Origin: Octopus sinensis
Lineage: Eukaryota
Direction of reading: 5' to 3'
Length of the DNA: 64,000 nucleotides
Assembly (NCBI RefSeq): GCF_006345805.1
Contig: NC_043012.1
Coordinates: 44,392,001 to 44,456,000, forward strand
The stretch's first letter is position 1, and each line of letters opens with the position of its first letter. Positions 63,228 to 64,000 of this stretch are shown piece by piece. Both the position numbers and the translations under genes were made by a program. Below the pieces are notes generated by a model. The model saw only the letters and a program-made list of their open reading frames with translations. It was not told the origin of the DNA and did no database searches.

Positions 63228-64000
63228 AATGGACTCTCTTACCAATGACGACATGTGAGTGTTCAGCTTTTTGCTGAATTATCTGCACAAATGATTTGTT
63301 TATAGTTATTAACCTTTTTTTTTATCTATGAACCCCTTTGATTACTATTTTATTCTGGTGGACCCCCATCACCATTTGATGTTTAAAAATTAGTTTTATA
63401 GAAACTTCTTTCAAAATTCTTTTTTTTTTACCACACATTAATTTGTGTAGGTTGAACTATGTAAAATGTTAGAGAAAGAAACCTAGCTGTTTCTTGCAAA
63501 CATATACCCATACATACATTTAAAGCAAAACTTTTTCAGGGGCTCTTAAAATATTATTGCAGATCTCCAATTTATTGTTTTGTTGCATGGATCTAAAAGA
63601 ATCTTATATGGACTCTCAGGGGCCATATGGGCCTCTCGGGGTAGCATACTTAATTTGTTGCCCAATTTAAAACACAACTGCCTGGCCCATATGTACCTTT
63701 ACCAGAGTACATTTTGTTGCATGCATTCATAACAAGTTTCTAATCTGAGGATATACTCCTCTCTTCCACCCACATCTCCCCAGAGTCTCTAACAAAGGAC
63801 ATGTATGCTGCCTTTCTTCCTTTAATTAAGCCATATAACCCTTCTTCATGTCTGTACGGAACTGTCACTACTGATAAATTTCATTCTGATCTGTTTACCA
63901 ATGATTGTTCTATATACAAAACATCTCTACAGACACCTGTGCTCACCTCATATTTAACAGTCTTAATGTTGTTGATAGTTACTATGTTGTTGTATATGAT

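Overview
AT-rich, microsatellite-rich eukaryotic DNA. The SINE families and LINE remnants point to a coleoid cephalopod, most likely Octopus (inferred from repeat content, not checked by search). I cannot support any host protein-coding exon, rRNA, true tRNA gene or CRISPR array. The ORF track consists of microsatellite read-throughs and transposon relics. The window contains: (1) about 25 copies of a tRNA/CORE-type SINE, about 15 of a second tRNA SINE, and an RTE-tailed repeat; (2) decayed coding relics of R4/Dong, L1/Tx1, RTE, Penelope (RT plus GIY-YIG), pogo/Tigger and Helitron RepHel elements; (3) piggyBac-type and hAT-type MITEs and two non-autonomous Helitrons. The most notable signal is a set of hammerhead ribozyme (HHR) motifs from four unrelated repeat families. 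An exact 600-bp unit at 25,993-27,680 is arranged in tandem and head-to-head and carries three intact type I HHRs with a palindromic minimal stem III, making it a retrozyme/circRNA candidate. A separate intact HHR lies at 5,180-5,272, another at about 11,962-12,023 with a decayed palindromic relative at 3,827-4,049, and a tRNA-headed SINE has an HHR in its tail. These elements repeatedly occur as head-to-head fold-backs with 3' ends pointing outward, often into (TA)n tracts, consistent with Penelope-driven mobilisation. All folds, alignments and translations were done by eye. Ends of decayed repeats are approximate.
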